A stretch of 64,000 bases of DNA from a virus. Positions 1-8,950 of the stretch are shown here, in pieces (positions within the stretch are counted from its first letter, which is position 1; every line of letters begins with the position of its first letter). The stretch is taken from the IMG/VR virus record IMGVR_UViG_3300045988_143931, positions 97,064-161,063 of that record, one strand, 5' to 3'. The position numbers and the translations under genes are program-made. The notes under the pieces were generated by a model. It was given only the letters and a program-made list of their open reading frames with translations, made no database searches and had not been told where the DNA came from.

Positions 1-33
1 TTCTGAAGATGAATTTTGGGAGAATTTAGATTA
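1..33 (+). CDS. 3' end of an upstream gene (partial, runs off the window)
   Basis: Open frame ...SEDEFWENLD followed by TAA at 31-33. Nothing more can be said. Confidence 0.3.
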
Positions 34-51
34 AATATGGAGGTATAACTA

Positions 52-2919
52 TTGGATAATACAGGAATTTACATACCATCTATTGATGCAAAGGATATTT
101 ATTTATCAGCACATTACATTGAGGAAAATCCAGAAGGATATAATTTAAAACTCAAAGATGGACAGTATAATTTACGAAAATTTATTAATACACTTGATTA
201 CAGTTTGGATCTTATAGAATTAAAAGATATTTATTATAGGAAATTTAGAAAACATGATTTTTCATTTAGAATTAAAAAGCACGATTATTCTGTGAATGTA
301 ATTAATCTCACATTTAAGTATTCCGTTAAAGAATGGAATCAGATGAACAAAAACACTTTTGTAAGACTTGGATATGATTACAGAGAACTTACATTTGAAG
401 ATGGAATTGCTAAAAATAGCGAAGGTGAAATTGTTGGGATTAAGACGAATGAAAAAATTGAAGATCCGATTGATATACCAAAACCATTTGTTAAAAAGCA
501 GGTAAACATCTACGACAAAAAAGATAAATCTATTGTCAAAGAGATTCAAACTCAGTATCACAAAAAGGGTGAACCAAAGACTATAAAGACAAATGCAGAA
601 CTTAGAACTGAGTTGTATAAAGATGGATTTATATGTAATGGTATTAAATATTGTCGTATGAAACGTTCTACTGGTTCAGCAAGAGTTGGTAAATGTCTCT
701 TTATCAGAGAAGATTTATATGAATCAATTTTAAAGTTCAGTTCAGGTAGTCTTAAATACAATCAAGGCGATCCAATTGACTTAGCTGCATATGAGGGATA
801 TATTGCTCTTCCATCTAGTAGTATTATTGATACAATTTCAATTAAACCAGAAAATATTCTTTTAATTGATGACTATGATAGCATATTTAATGAGGATGTA
901 ATCGAGACTCACGATGAAGATGGATGGCTTAAAACCACTGAAAAGAATTGTAAAATCACAAATACAATTTGGGATGGTCAGTCTCTTATGGATATATCAT
1001 TATTTGGTGATTATTCAGAATATGGTATGCTTCTGCTTAGAAATCTAATGTTCAAGTCTTGTTGTTTTAACTGCAATATCCAACAATGGTTCAAAGATAA
1101 TAATATAACAGATGTATCTCAGCTCAATGGTAAAACAAGAGCTACACGCATTGAAGATGTAAAGCTAATTACCACACCTAACAGTATTAAATATTTGAAA
1201 TTTAGTACATGGGACGAATGGCTTGACCACTTATATTCTGATTTTGGTGTTGTAAAGCATGATAAGAAAACTCACTTCTTTGGTGGTCGTTTGGTACAGA
1301 CTCATTATCAATTACTCAATACTCTTCAGATGTCAAAAGATGAAGTAAGGGAATTTTTGCAGGAATCACTCGACTTTGCACAAATGCTTAGAGATAGACC
1401 AGAAGTTGTGCGCTATTACATTAAATATCCTGATATTGATGAAATGTCACCTATGGATAAACCTATGAGTAGTAAGAATGATGTAGTTTATAACTTAATG
1501 TGTGTGAATGATAATTTTACAAAAACAAAATACTATCAAGAATTTCTTATTGACTTACTTCGTTCATATTACAAAAATCTCAAAAATGGACATATTTATG
1601 TAAATGGTAATTACTCTACTCTTCTTGGCAATCCAATAGAAATGCTACAACAATCAATCGGTAAGTTTGAAGGAAAAAGTCAAATTGGAATTGGCAACAT
1701 ACATAGTACACGTTTTGAATATAACAAAACTCTTCTTGCTAGTCGTTCACCTCATGTTACAATTGGAAACATTTGGCTTCCATATAATACGGAGAATAAA
1801 TTGATAGATTGTTATCTTAATCTTACAAATGAGATTGTGTGTATTAATTCTATTGGAGAAAATGTATTGCAGAGACTATCGGGTGCTGATTTTGATAGTG
1901 ATACAGTAATGTTAACAGATAATGAAAAACTCATTCGTGCAGCTAAAAGAAATTATCATATATTCAAAACACCAACATCGTTTGTTAGTTCAACAAAAGT
2001 TAAAAGATATTATACACCTGAACAACAGGCAGATCTTGATATTAAAACATCTGTAAATAAAATCGGTGAAATTGTTAATCTATCACAAGAATTAAATTCT
2101 TTACTTTGGGATAAGATGTATCATGGTGCTACTTATGATGATATTAAGGAATTGTATTATGATATATGTCAGTTAGATGTTATGTCTGGAATTGAAATTG
2201 ATAAAGCAAAGAAAGAATTTATTATCAACAATGGTAAGGAGTTAGACAAGTTACGTGAAAAGTATGATGAGTTTGTGCGTGAATATGAAGAAAATGAAGA
2301 AGGCGAATTAGTAAGAGGCAAAAAGCGTATGCCACACTTCTTCTCTCATATCTCTAAACAAAAAGGATATTACAATCCCGACAAGAAACATTATTGTAAA
2401 TGTCACACTTCGATGGATTATTTGCAGACTATTATTAATGGATTTAAAATTAAGAATCCTTATAAAAAGGATTGGCTTCCATTTGTATCTATATTAGATA
2501 ACTCTTTATTTAGGACATCTAGTATAAATCAAAAACAGATAAATCGAATTTATAGTATTTTAAAGAAATACATAAATGAAAGGAAGAATATATTCGCCAT
2601 TGATTCCGACTCAAAAGAAGAACGAAATGATAAAGCAAATAAGCTTAAAGTTGATTTAATTGCAGATATTGAATCAGAAACAATTGGTTTTTCAACATTA
2701 TATCGTTTACTTTCTTCTCTTGAGGATAAAGAAAATTCTCAAATCAAAAATCTTTTATTAGAAGTTTTGTATCTTTGTGGTAATGATAGCTTTAATAAAG
2801 CTATTATCCAATCTAAAAATGAAATTCTCCAATTAGAAGGTAATGGATCTGATATTAAATTATTTAATATTGGGTTTAAAATTACAAAAAAACAAGTAAA
2901 TTCGGAAATTGACAGCTAA
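52..2919 (+). CDS. Putative YonO-like / cellular-RdRP-like two-barrel single-subunit RNA polymerase
   Basis: 955-aa ORF with a TTG start 8 nt after GGAGG (39-43). It contains LASRSPHVTIGNIW, then about 35 aa, then LQRLSGADFDSDTVMLTD. This matches by eye the R-S-P ... LSGxDxDGD arrangement around the metal-binding DxDxD loop of two-barrel RNAPs (beta-prime NADFDGD, QDE-1/RDR DbDGD, SPbeta YonO). Confidence 0.55.
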   Translation: MDNTGIYIPSIDAKDIYLSAHYIEENPEGYNLKLKDGQYNLRKFINTLDYSLDLIELKDIYYRKFRKHDFSFRIKKHDYSVNVINLTFKYSVKEWNQMNKNTFVRLGYDYRELTFEDGIAKNSEGEIVGIKTNEKIEDPIDIPKPFVKKQVNIYDKKDKSIVKEIQTQYHKKGEPKTIKTNAELRTELYKDGFICNGIKYCRMKRSTGSARVGKCLFIREDLYESILKFSSGSLKYNQGDPIDLAAYEGYIALPSSSIIDTISIKPENILLIDDYDSIFNEDVIETHDEDGWLKTTEKNCKITNTIWDGQSLMDISLFGDYSEYGMLLLRNLMFKSCCFNCNIQQWFKDNNITDVSQLNGKTRATRIEDVKLITTPNSIKYLKFSTWDEWLDHLYSDFGVVKHDKKTHFFGGRLVQTHYQLLNTLQMSKDEVREFLQESLDFAQMLRDRPEVVRYYIKYPDIDEMSPMDKPMSSKNDVVYNLMCVNDNFTKTKYYQEFLIDLLRSYYKNLKNGHIYVNGNYSTLLGNPIEMLQQSIGKFEGKSQIGIGNIHSTRFEYNKTLLASRSPHVTIGNIWLPYNTENKLIDCYLNLTNEIVCINSIGENVLQRLSGADFDSDTVMLTDNEKLIRAAKRNYHIFKTPTSFVSSTKVKRYYTPEQQADLDIKTSVNKIGEIVNLSQELNSLLWDKMYHGATYDDIKELYYDICQLDVMSGIEIDKAKKEFIINNGKELDKLREKYDEFVREYEENEEGELVRGKKRMPHFFSHISKQKGYYNPDKKHYCKCHTSMDYLQTIINGFKIKNPYKKDWLPFVSILDNSLFRTSSINQKQINRIYSILKKYINERKNIFAIDSDSKEERNDKANKLKVDLIADIESETIGFSTLYRLLSSLEDKENSQIKNLLLEVLYLCGNDSFNKAIIQSKNEILQLEGNGSDIKLFNIGFKITKKQVNSEIDS

Positions 2920-3051
2920 TTACAGTTCTCATATGAGAGCGAAATTAAAGTTACATAGGAGAGGGTAGTTTTCTACTTATTACTTTTATGATTACTGCCC
3001 TACTCTATTGTAAAATTCTATAAATGCGATTATAGCAAAGGAGGAATTACA

Positions 3052-3366
3052 ATACAACAAGGAAAAAAATATTATAATCAAAATGATATTGCAAATGAAA
3101 TTCGTAATAGGATTGATTGTTCATCAATAGATGTACTTCGTGTACTTAATTCGTTAGGTGATGTGGTAAAGGATAAATTTAGTGATAGTGATGAATATGT
3201 TGAATTAAAAATATTTCCTGGACTAAAAGTAACTTCAAGATATATACCACTTGAACAATCTAAATCTAATCTTAATTTAAAAAATAATTCTATTTTATCT
3301 ATTACTTCAGTGTTCACTGATGATTTTCGTAAAAAAGTTAGAGAATTACATAATAATTTAGAATGA
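3052..3366 (+). CDS. HU/IHF-like DNA-binding protein with a probable non-canonical ATA start
   Basis: The tracked ORF (3163..3366) starts mid-domain. Upstream in the same frame, NDIANEIRNRIDCSSIDVLRVLNSLGDVV looks like HU helices 1-2. The frame is open only from 2992 and has no ATG, GTG or TTG before 3163. AGGAGG (3039-3044) lies 7 nt before ATA at 3052. Confidence 0.5.
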   Translation: MQQGKKYYNQNDIANEIRNRIDCSSIDVLRVLNSLGDVVKDKFSDSDEYVELKIFPGLKVTSRYIPLEQSKSNLNLKNNSILSITSVFTDDFRKKVRELHNNLE

Positions 3367-3496
3367 AATCAGCTTTTCTTAATATCCTGCCCTATAGGGG
3401 CATTACATAATATTAAAAGTTTATCTCATAAGCTAACCTCTCTTTCTTATATCGGTGGTTACATTATTTTGATAATGGTGTAATCACTGATACTCT

Positions 3497-3568
3497 TCCC
3501 ATATAGTTCAATGGTAGAGCAACGGACTGTTAATCCGTAAGTTACAGGTTCGAATCCTGTTGTGGGAG
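3497..3568 (+). tRNA. tRNA-Asn (anticodon GTT)
   Basis: Cloverleaf by eye. Acceptor tcccata/tgtggga (one G-U), anticodon loop ctGTTaa, T arm acaggTTCGAATcctgt. Confidence 0.9.
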
Positions 3569-3574
3569 TTATCC

Positions 3575-4395
3575 TATTTTTATAGGACTGGTCGGTTTCG
3601 GATCAGAGAATATTAAATTCTAAAATAAGCATGGTGACATGTATAAAGTGGTTCTTATCGCATTATAAGGCTGCGACTGTAGTGATACAGTTTGACGGAA
3701 AACACATAGGATTTATACCTAACCTAAAATCAGAGGGCTACTGCTAATGATATGGTTCGGTAGGTGTCATGAAAAAGGCACTGTTAATTAACACAGAAAT
3801 GTGGGGATAATCCGTGTATGGTTGGTGGAAATACCGCAAGTATAACTGCTAGTCATATTTTGGTAATATCTCTTAAGTTGAAAAACAGGGATAGAATCAA
3901 AAAGCAAGGAGATCGCAATCCAAGCAGGATGGTGATGATTGGGCGGTACTCAAAAGGTACTGATGGTCAAATATACACCTCATCGTCCAAAATTTAATTA
4001 CATACTTTTAAATTGGTCAAATAATAGAAAAGATAGATTATTTAAAGAAAATAACAAGCAAAAGTGTGTATGACCGCAAAGAGAAAAACAACTTATTGTC
4101 CTGTAATATGGACACATATAACACTCGCAAGGTGTTATGTGAGAAAGTACAAGTATATGCAACTCTAATAGGCTGCAACCTATGAATCTCGCAAGGAAGA
4201 ATGTGTAAAAAGAAAATCTATAATGCTTTGTGGTAAGAGTTTGCCAGTTATGTCAAAACTGGTGTTGTTGCTACCTACTGTCTAATCGACAGTGTGATAA
4301 ATTGTGTCCAACCGCAATAGATGGTAGTGTATTGAGTCAATATCTCAGCTCATATTAAGTAAGAGTCTCATACTTCGGTATGGGATTTTTTATTT
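3575..4395 (+). ncRNA. Large (about 0.8 kb) structured non-coding RNA candidate between two tRNAs, GOLLD/ROOL-like by context, class unassigned
   Basis: No ORF of 60 aa or more on either strand. G/C is visibly higher than in flanking genes. The motif CGCAA occurs six times within 480 nt (3835, 3914, 4075, 4126, 4190, 4313). One caps an 11-bp hairpin (4115-4141). The region ends in a UUCG-loop terminator. tRNA-Asn and tRNA-Pro flank it. Confidence 0.5.
4366..4395 (+). terminator. Rho-independent terminator closing the large ncRNA
   Basis: 8-bp stem tctcatac/gtatggga with a TTCG loop, followed by TTTTTATTTT. Confidence 0.75.
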
Positions 4396-4470
4396 TGGGA
4401 ATTAGTTCAGTTTGGTTAGAACGCCTGATTTGGGTTCAGGAGGTCGTGGGTTCAAATCCTACATTTCCAA
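4396..4470 (+). tRNA. tRNA-Pro (anticodon TGG)
   Basis: Acceptor tgggaat/atttcca (one G-U), anticodon stem cctga/tcagg with loop ttTGGgt, T arm gtgggTTCAAATcctac. Confidence 0.85.
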
Positions 4471-4508
4471 CTACTATTCTACTTTGTAGGAAATAAATCA
4501 AGAAAGAA

Positions 4509-4655
4509 GTGAAAATTATTAAGTACATTTCAAAAAATGAAATTGAAAAATTATTATTCGAAGGTGTAATTAGAAACACAAGACGAGGATATGTAGATCG
4601 CAGAGGCGAACATATTGGATATTACAAGACTTGCTTAAGTAGGTTCTGCTTATGA
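4509..4655 (+). CDS. Small hypothetical protein (48 aa, GTG start)
   Basis: Below the track's length cut-off. Translation VKIIKYISKNEIEKLLFEGVIRNTRRGYVDRRGEHIGYYKTCLSRFCL. Its stop overlaps the next ATG (ATGA). The SD is weak. Confidence 0.3.
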   Translation: MKIIKYISKNEIEKLLFEGVIRNTRRGYVDRRGEHIGYYKTCLSRFCL

Positions 4656-4963
4656 AAAATCGAATTGAATATAAAGGTTTTTATATTGACAAGACTGAAA
4701 ATGGCTATCGTATCTGTAGACAAGAAGATACAGAAAAGCATACTCATCTCTCGAATCTTAATCCGTCATATAGACTTATAGACAATGTGTTATCAAATAA
4801 AATTCCTACTCGTTGTGGATGTTATTATTTAGAGTCACATATTCGTTTGAGTTATGATGAAGATTATATCAGAAAGATTCGTGAGTATATCAAAGTAAAA
4901 CAGAATAAAACGAAACAAATGTATTTTAATCCTGGCAGAAAGCGTTCTGGTGGGAATTTTTAA
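4652..4963 (+). CDS. Hypothetical protein
   Basis: 103-aa ORF in an operon context. No recognisable motif. Confidence 0.55.
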   Translation: MKNRIEYKGFYIDKTENGYRICRQEDTEKHTHLSNLNPSYRLIDNVLSNKIPTRCGCYYLESHIRLSYDEDYIRKIREYIKVKQNKTKQMYFNPGRKRSGGNF

Positions 4964-4966
4964 TTT

Positions 4967-5209
4967 ATGGAGGAAAAGGAAATGGCAGCTAGTAAATTAA
5001 AATTTACAAGAACAACTACAGATAAATTAACAGTAAAGGCAGGTACACTCTCAGAGGATTGTACTACTATTACATACACTGATGAGAATGATATGGAGCA
5101 GGAAGTAAAAGTAGCCGATCTGCTTACTTCATTTAAGAATCAGGTAATTGATTTTACTGTTGCATTAAAGACAGATGAGGAGCTGGATGTTCCGTCTGAT
5201 GAAGAGTAA
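4967..5209 (+). CDS. Hypothetical acidic protein
   Basis: 80-aa ORF. The ATG at 4982 has the better SD (GGAGGAAAAGGAA) and may be the true start. Confidence 0.55.
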   Translation: MEEKEMAASKLKFTRTTTDKLTVKAGTLSEDCTTITYTDENDMEQEVKVADLLTSFKNQVIDFTVALKTDEELDVPSDEE

Positions 5210-5214
5210 GGAGT

Positions 5215-6423
5215 GTGATTATCATAACTTCTTATAAAAGATTTGAAAATGAGACAGACGAAGAACTTATCTACAGAGTTTGTTCAGACAAAGATCTTAT
5301 TGGCTCGTGGCAAAATGTGGCTGATATATTAAATGAGTTGCTTGGTACAGAGTATACGGAATCAAAATTTCGCAAACAGTTTCAAGCTTTTAACAAAATG
5401 TTAAGTGCTAATAGAAGTAAATTTACCGATTCTGATGAACAGATTAAGGAGATTGAAGTTCAAAAGCGTGAGTTGGAAAAAGAACGCAAAAAGCTTCAAA
5501 GCGAAAAGATTGAATATAACAAATGGTTGCGTGAAGAAGCTAGGGATGAATTAATTGCAGAGAAAATTTGTGAAGCAATTACTTCTCTTGATAAATATTC
5601 TTCTCCTGTGCGCATATCTCCATCATCTAACAAAAAATCATGGATATTGGCAATTTCAGATTGTCATTATGGTTGTGAATATGAAATTAAAGATTTTTAT
5701 GGTGGTATTATAAACGCTTACTCTCCCGAAATCTTTGAGGAAAGAATGACTATTTTATTTAATAAAGTTGTAGATAAAATTGAGGATCTTGGCATAAAAG
5801 AGCTTTCTATCATTGAACTTGGAGATGGTATTGATGGTGTTCTTAGAATGTCTCAGTTAATGCGCCTTAGATATGGAGTTATTGAATCAAGTATTCGTTA
5901 TGCTGATTATTTAGCGAATTGGTTGAATGAATTGAGTAAATATGTCTCGATTAAGTTTCAAATGGTTTATGACTCAAACCATAATCAACTTAGACTTTTA
6001 GATGGAAAGAAAAATACCTTTCCAGATGAAAATGTAAGTAAAATTATGATGGCTCTTATTAAAGAGCGATTAAAAGATAATGAAAATATTGTTATCTTAG
6101 AAAATCCAACAGGTATGACATATTCAATAATGTCTACATACTGTGTTGTTGGATTTCATGGTGAAAAGAAAAATCTTAAAAATAATCTTTTAGAAATGTC
6201 TCGTACTTATGGAGTTCATATAGATTACACAATTTCTGGACATATTCATCATGATAGTATGGCTGAAATCGGATTGGATTCTGCTGTATTATCTGTCGGT
6301 TCAGTAATTGGTATAGATCCATATAGTATGACATTAAATGCAGCTTCCAATGCCTCATGTTCTATGTTTGAGTTTATACAAGGAGAAGGAAGAACTGCTG
6401 AATATGTTTTTAAATTGAATTAA
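5215..6423 (+). CDS. Calcineurin-like metallophosphoesterase (Mre11/SbcD-like)
   Basis: Motifs in order: ISDCHYG, ELGDGIDG, GFHGEKK, SGHIHHD. These are the phosphoesterase D-x-H, G-D, G-H and G-H-x-H blocks. GTG start after AAGGAG. Confidence 0.6.
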   Translation: MIIITSYKRFENETDEELIYRVCSDKDLIGSWQNVADILNELLGTEYTESKFRKQFQAFNKMLSANRSKFTDSDEQIKEIEVQKRELEKERKKLQSEKIEYNKWLREEARDELIAEKICEAITSLDKYSSPVRISPSSNKKSWILAISDCHYGCEYEIKDFYGGIINAYSPEIFEERMTILFNKVVDKIEDLGIKELSIIELGDGIDGVLRMSQLMRLRYGVIESSIRYADYLANWLNELSKYVSIKFQMVYDSNHNQLRLLDGKKNTFPDENVSKIMMALIKERLKDNENIVILENPTGMTYSIMSTYCVVGFHGEKKNLKNNLLEMSRTYGVHIDYTISGHIHHDSMAEIGLDSAVLSVGSVIGIDPYSMTLNAASNASCSMFEFIQGEGRTAEYVFKLN

Positions 6424-6650
6424 GTGTAGAAATACTAATTTCAAGACCAAGTACGAGTGACTTGGCTTTTATATTATGCATAAGTAACTATGAAAATTGG
6501 GCTAATTTTCTACTTTTAATTAGTCCGATTGTATAGAAATTGTGATGTTACTGTCACAATTGTAAGTTATGAGGGAGTGTACTCAAATGAGACGCTACCC
6601 TCTTTTATATTACAAAATAAAATTAAGGAAAATAAAGGAGAAAATTAAAA

Positions 6651-6935
6651 ATGGTAAAGAACGAATTAGTAAGTGCAATCGCAGAAAGAATTGAAGGAGC
6701 TAAAAAAGGTGATATTGCTCTTATACTTGATACATACGCAGAGGTTATTACAGATACATTAAAGGCTGATGCTACGGAATCTGTTCCTGTAGGTAAACTT
6801 GGTAAGTTTAAGGTTAAGGATGTACCTAAGAGAACAGGCAAGATTATGTTAGGTGACAGAAAAGGTGAGGAATATATAACTCCTGCCCATCAGGAAATCA
6901 CATTTAAGATGAATAAGTCAGCAAAGCAGCTTTAA
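6651..6935 (+). CDS. HU/IHF family DNA-binding protein
   Basis: 94 aa. MVKNELVSAIAE...VPVGKLGKFKVKDVPKRTGK...ITPAHQEITFK is the canonical HU pattern. SD is AAAGGAG. Confidence 0.85.
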   Translation: MVKNELVSAIAERIEGAKKGDIALILDTYAEVITDTLKADATESVPVGKLGKFKVKDVPKRTGKIMLGDRKGEEYITPAHQEITFKMNKSAKQL

Positions 6936-6947
6936 TTCTGAAGGGAC

Positions 6948-7607
6948 GTGATTACTATAGATACAATAATTATAAATGATATACATGAATTAGCTGATTG
7001 GGCTAATTCAATGTATCATAATGTAGTTTCTTATGATAATTTAAACAGTATAGCAATTGTTGCCAAGTATTATGAAGCAAAGACATTAATCGAAACTCTT
7101 ATTGCTGAAAGAGGTTTTGAAATTTCAAGTATTAAAGAACTCGGCGATTCTAATGTCAATGGATATACAGATGAATATATTATCACATTATTTGTTGGTG
7201 ACATTGGTTGTGAGCCTGCAAAAGATAATAATGGATATAAGGATATATGCGGAGAAGCCGTTTATGTTCTTGAGAATTGCAATTCTAAGATAATGTCGCA
7301 TGTTTATGGTGAGAATATATTTGAAGTGTATATTGATAATATCAAAGATACTGATGATGACTACGATGGCGATTGTGAGAATTGCGATTGTTGTGGTAAT
7401 GATACTTATTATTTTGATGTAAAATCTGGAACTTATGAGATTAATGGTAAAAAGGTATCTAAGAAAGAATTGTTAGATTATTTAGGTGAGAAAATTGATG
7501 AAATGTCTGAATGGAATAAGAGCTTTTCTTCTATAGTTTCTGAATATGAAGCAATTCATAATAGTATTAAAAGAATCTATAAACTTGATGATTTGTTAAG
7601 ATTTTAA
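6948..7607 (+). CDS. Hypothetical acidic protein with a Cys cluster
   Basis: 219-aa ORF with a GTG start. Contains a DGDCENCDCCGND cluster. Function unknown. Confidence 0.55.
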   Translation: MITIDTIIINDIHELADWANSMYHNVVSYDNLNSIAIVAKYYEAKTLIETLIAERGFEISSIKELGDSNVNGYTDEYIITLFVGDIGCEPAKDNNGYKDICGEAVYVLENCNSKIMSHVYGENIFEVYIDNIKDTDDDYDGDCENCDCCGNDTYYFDVKSGTYEINGKKVSKKELLDYLGEKIDEMSEWNKSFSSIVSEYEAIHNSIKRIYKLDDLLRF

Positions 7608-7644
7608 TTAGCAATATGTTGCTAGTTAATAATTAAATATATTT

Positions 7645-7679
7645 GGAGTGTGCAATTATTGGTTGCACACTCCTTTATT
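7645..7679 (+). terminator. Rho-independent terminator
   Basis: 11-bp stem ggagtgtgcaa/ttgcacactcc followed by a T-rich tail. Confidence 0.8.
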
Positions 7680-7681
7680 AT

Positions 7682-7764
7682 GGGTAGGTATGCAAGTGGT
7701 TAAAGTAGGCAGACTGTAAATCTGTTGGCGAAAGCCTTCGAAAGTCCGAATCTTTCCCTGCCCA
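7682..7764 (+). tRNA. tRNA-Tyr (anticodon GTA), long variable arm
   Basis: Acceptor gggtagg/cctgccc (one G-U), anticodon loop ctGTAaa, variable arm tggcgaaagcc, T arm gaaagTCCGAATctttc. Confidence 0.85.
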
Positions 7765-7837
7765 CTAAAATAATTAAAATAAATAAAATATTACAAGAAG
7801 TAGCTTAGTTTACCACTATCCTACTTCTTTTTTATAT

Positions 7838-8884
7838 GTGAAAGGAAGTGATTTAGTGGCACATGTAACAAGGGTAAAATATTTTACCAAGGATAAGGAG
7901 AAATTCATAAATCCTGATAACTTGAAGAAATATAAAAAATATCTCCAATCAAATATTATAAAAAATCAGGATGTTAAAGATACAACATATAAAAGATATG
8001 AGGGATTGTTTCGTCATTTTCTTATGTGGCTAGGTGAAAACTATGGTGATTTAGATTTATATTCAAATGAGTTTATGGAGAATGCCGTTGATATTATGGA
8101 GAATTATATTATGTTCTGCCAGGAAATACTTCTGAATCATAAAAAGATTATCAACATGAAAATCTCTGCTATTAGTTCATTCTATATTTGGTCTATGAAA
8201 CGTGGTTTTGTTAAATACCATCCTTTTGATGGGAAACTTGATAGAATGAAGAAAGCTAATGAGGAACATATTTTAAATTCGTATTTCCTTACAGAAGAAC
8301 AAGTTCAGACAATCCGTAGAGAATTATCTGAAAATGATAAGTATTCAATTCAAGATCAAATTTTATTTGAAGTAAGTTTTGACTCAGCAAATAGAATTGG
8401 TGCATTGTTAAGATTGCAGTTATCCAAACTTGATTTAGAGAACAATATGTTTGTAGATATAAGGGAAAAAGAAGGATACCGTACACAGGTAGTTTTCGGG
8501 GATGTTGCAAAAGAGCTTATTCAAGAGTGGCTTGAAATGCGAAAGAATGATTATGACCACTTGGAATGTGATTCATTGTTGATCACAAAATACAATGGAG
8601 AATATAAACCTATGGGTGACAGTGCAATCAGAGATAGAATGAAGAAATATGGCGAAATTATTGGAATTTCTGACTATAGACCTCATTGCCAGCGTAAGAC
8701 TAGGCTAAATCTTGTATATGAGGAAACTGGTGATTTAGCATTAGCAGCCGAGCTTGCCAATCATCGATCCACTGAAACAACTAGAGAATTTTACTGCCGC
8801 AAGCAGACCAAAGCAGAGGTTATGAATAAAATCAATGCTCTAAGAAGCAAAAATTCTAATGTTGCTGACGAAGAGAATAAATAA
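7838..8884 (+). CDS. Tyrosine recombinase (XerC/D / phage-integrase family), second copy with no adjacent att site
   Basis: C-terminal catalytic pattern SANRIGAL (R) ... YRPHCQRKTR (H-x-x-R) ... ANHRSTETTREFY (H, Y). The start is probably GTG at 7856, after AAAGGAAG. Confidence 0.75.
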   Translation: MKGSDLVAHVTRVKYFTKDKEKFINPDNLKKYKKYLQSNIIKNQDVKDTTYKRYEGLFRHFLMWLGENYGDLDLYSNEFMENAVDIMENYIMFCQEILLNHKKIINMKISAISSFYIWSMKRGFVKYHPFDGKLDRMKKANEEHILNSYFLTEEQVQTIRRELSENDKYSIQDQILFEVSFDSANRIGALLRLQLSKLDLENNMFVDIREKEGYRTQVVFGDVAKELIQEWLEMRKNDYDHLECDSLLITKYNGEYKPMGDSAIRDRMKKYGEIIGISDYRPHCQRKTRLNLVYEETGDLALAAELANHRSTETTREFYCRKQTKAEVMNKINALRSKNSNVADEENK

Positions 8885-8950
8885 TCCTTCCGAAACCACT
8901 CAGATATATGTTATCCGTGAAGATACTGAGGATGCCGATGAAGCTTTCGT

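Noticed and set aside
3575-4395. Identification of the large RNA as tmRNA, RNase P RNA, 6S RNA or a tRNA-borne group I intron
   Set aside because: There is no tRNA-like 3' domain with a tag ORF, no RNase P P4 consensus (GAGGAAAGUCC) and no 6S-type long bulged duplex. The flanking tRNAs are intact and uninterrupted.
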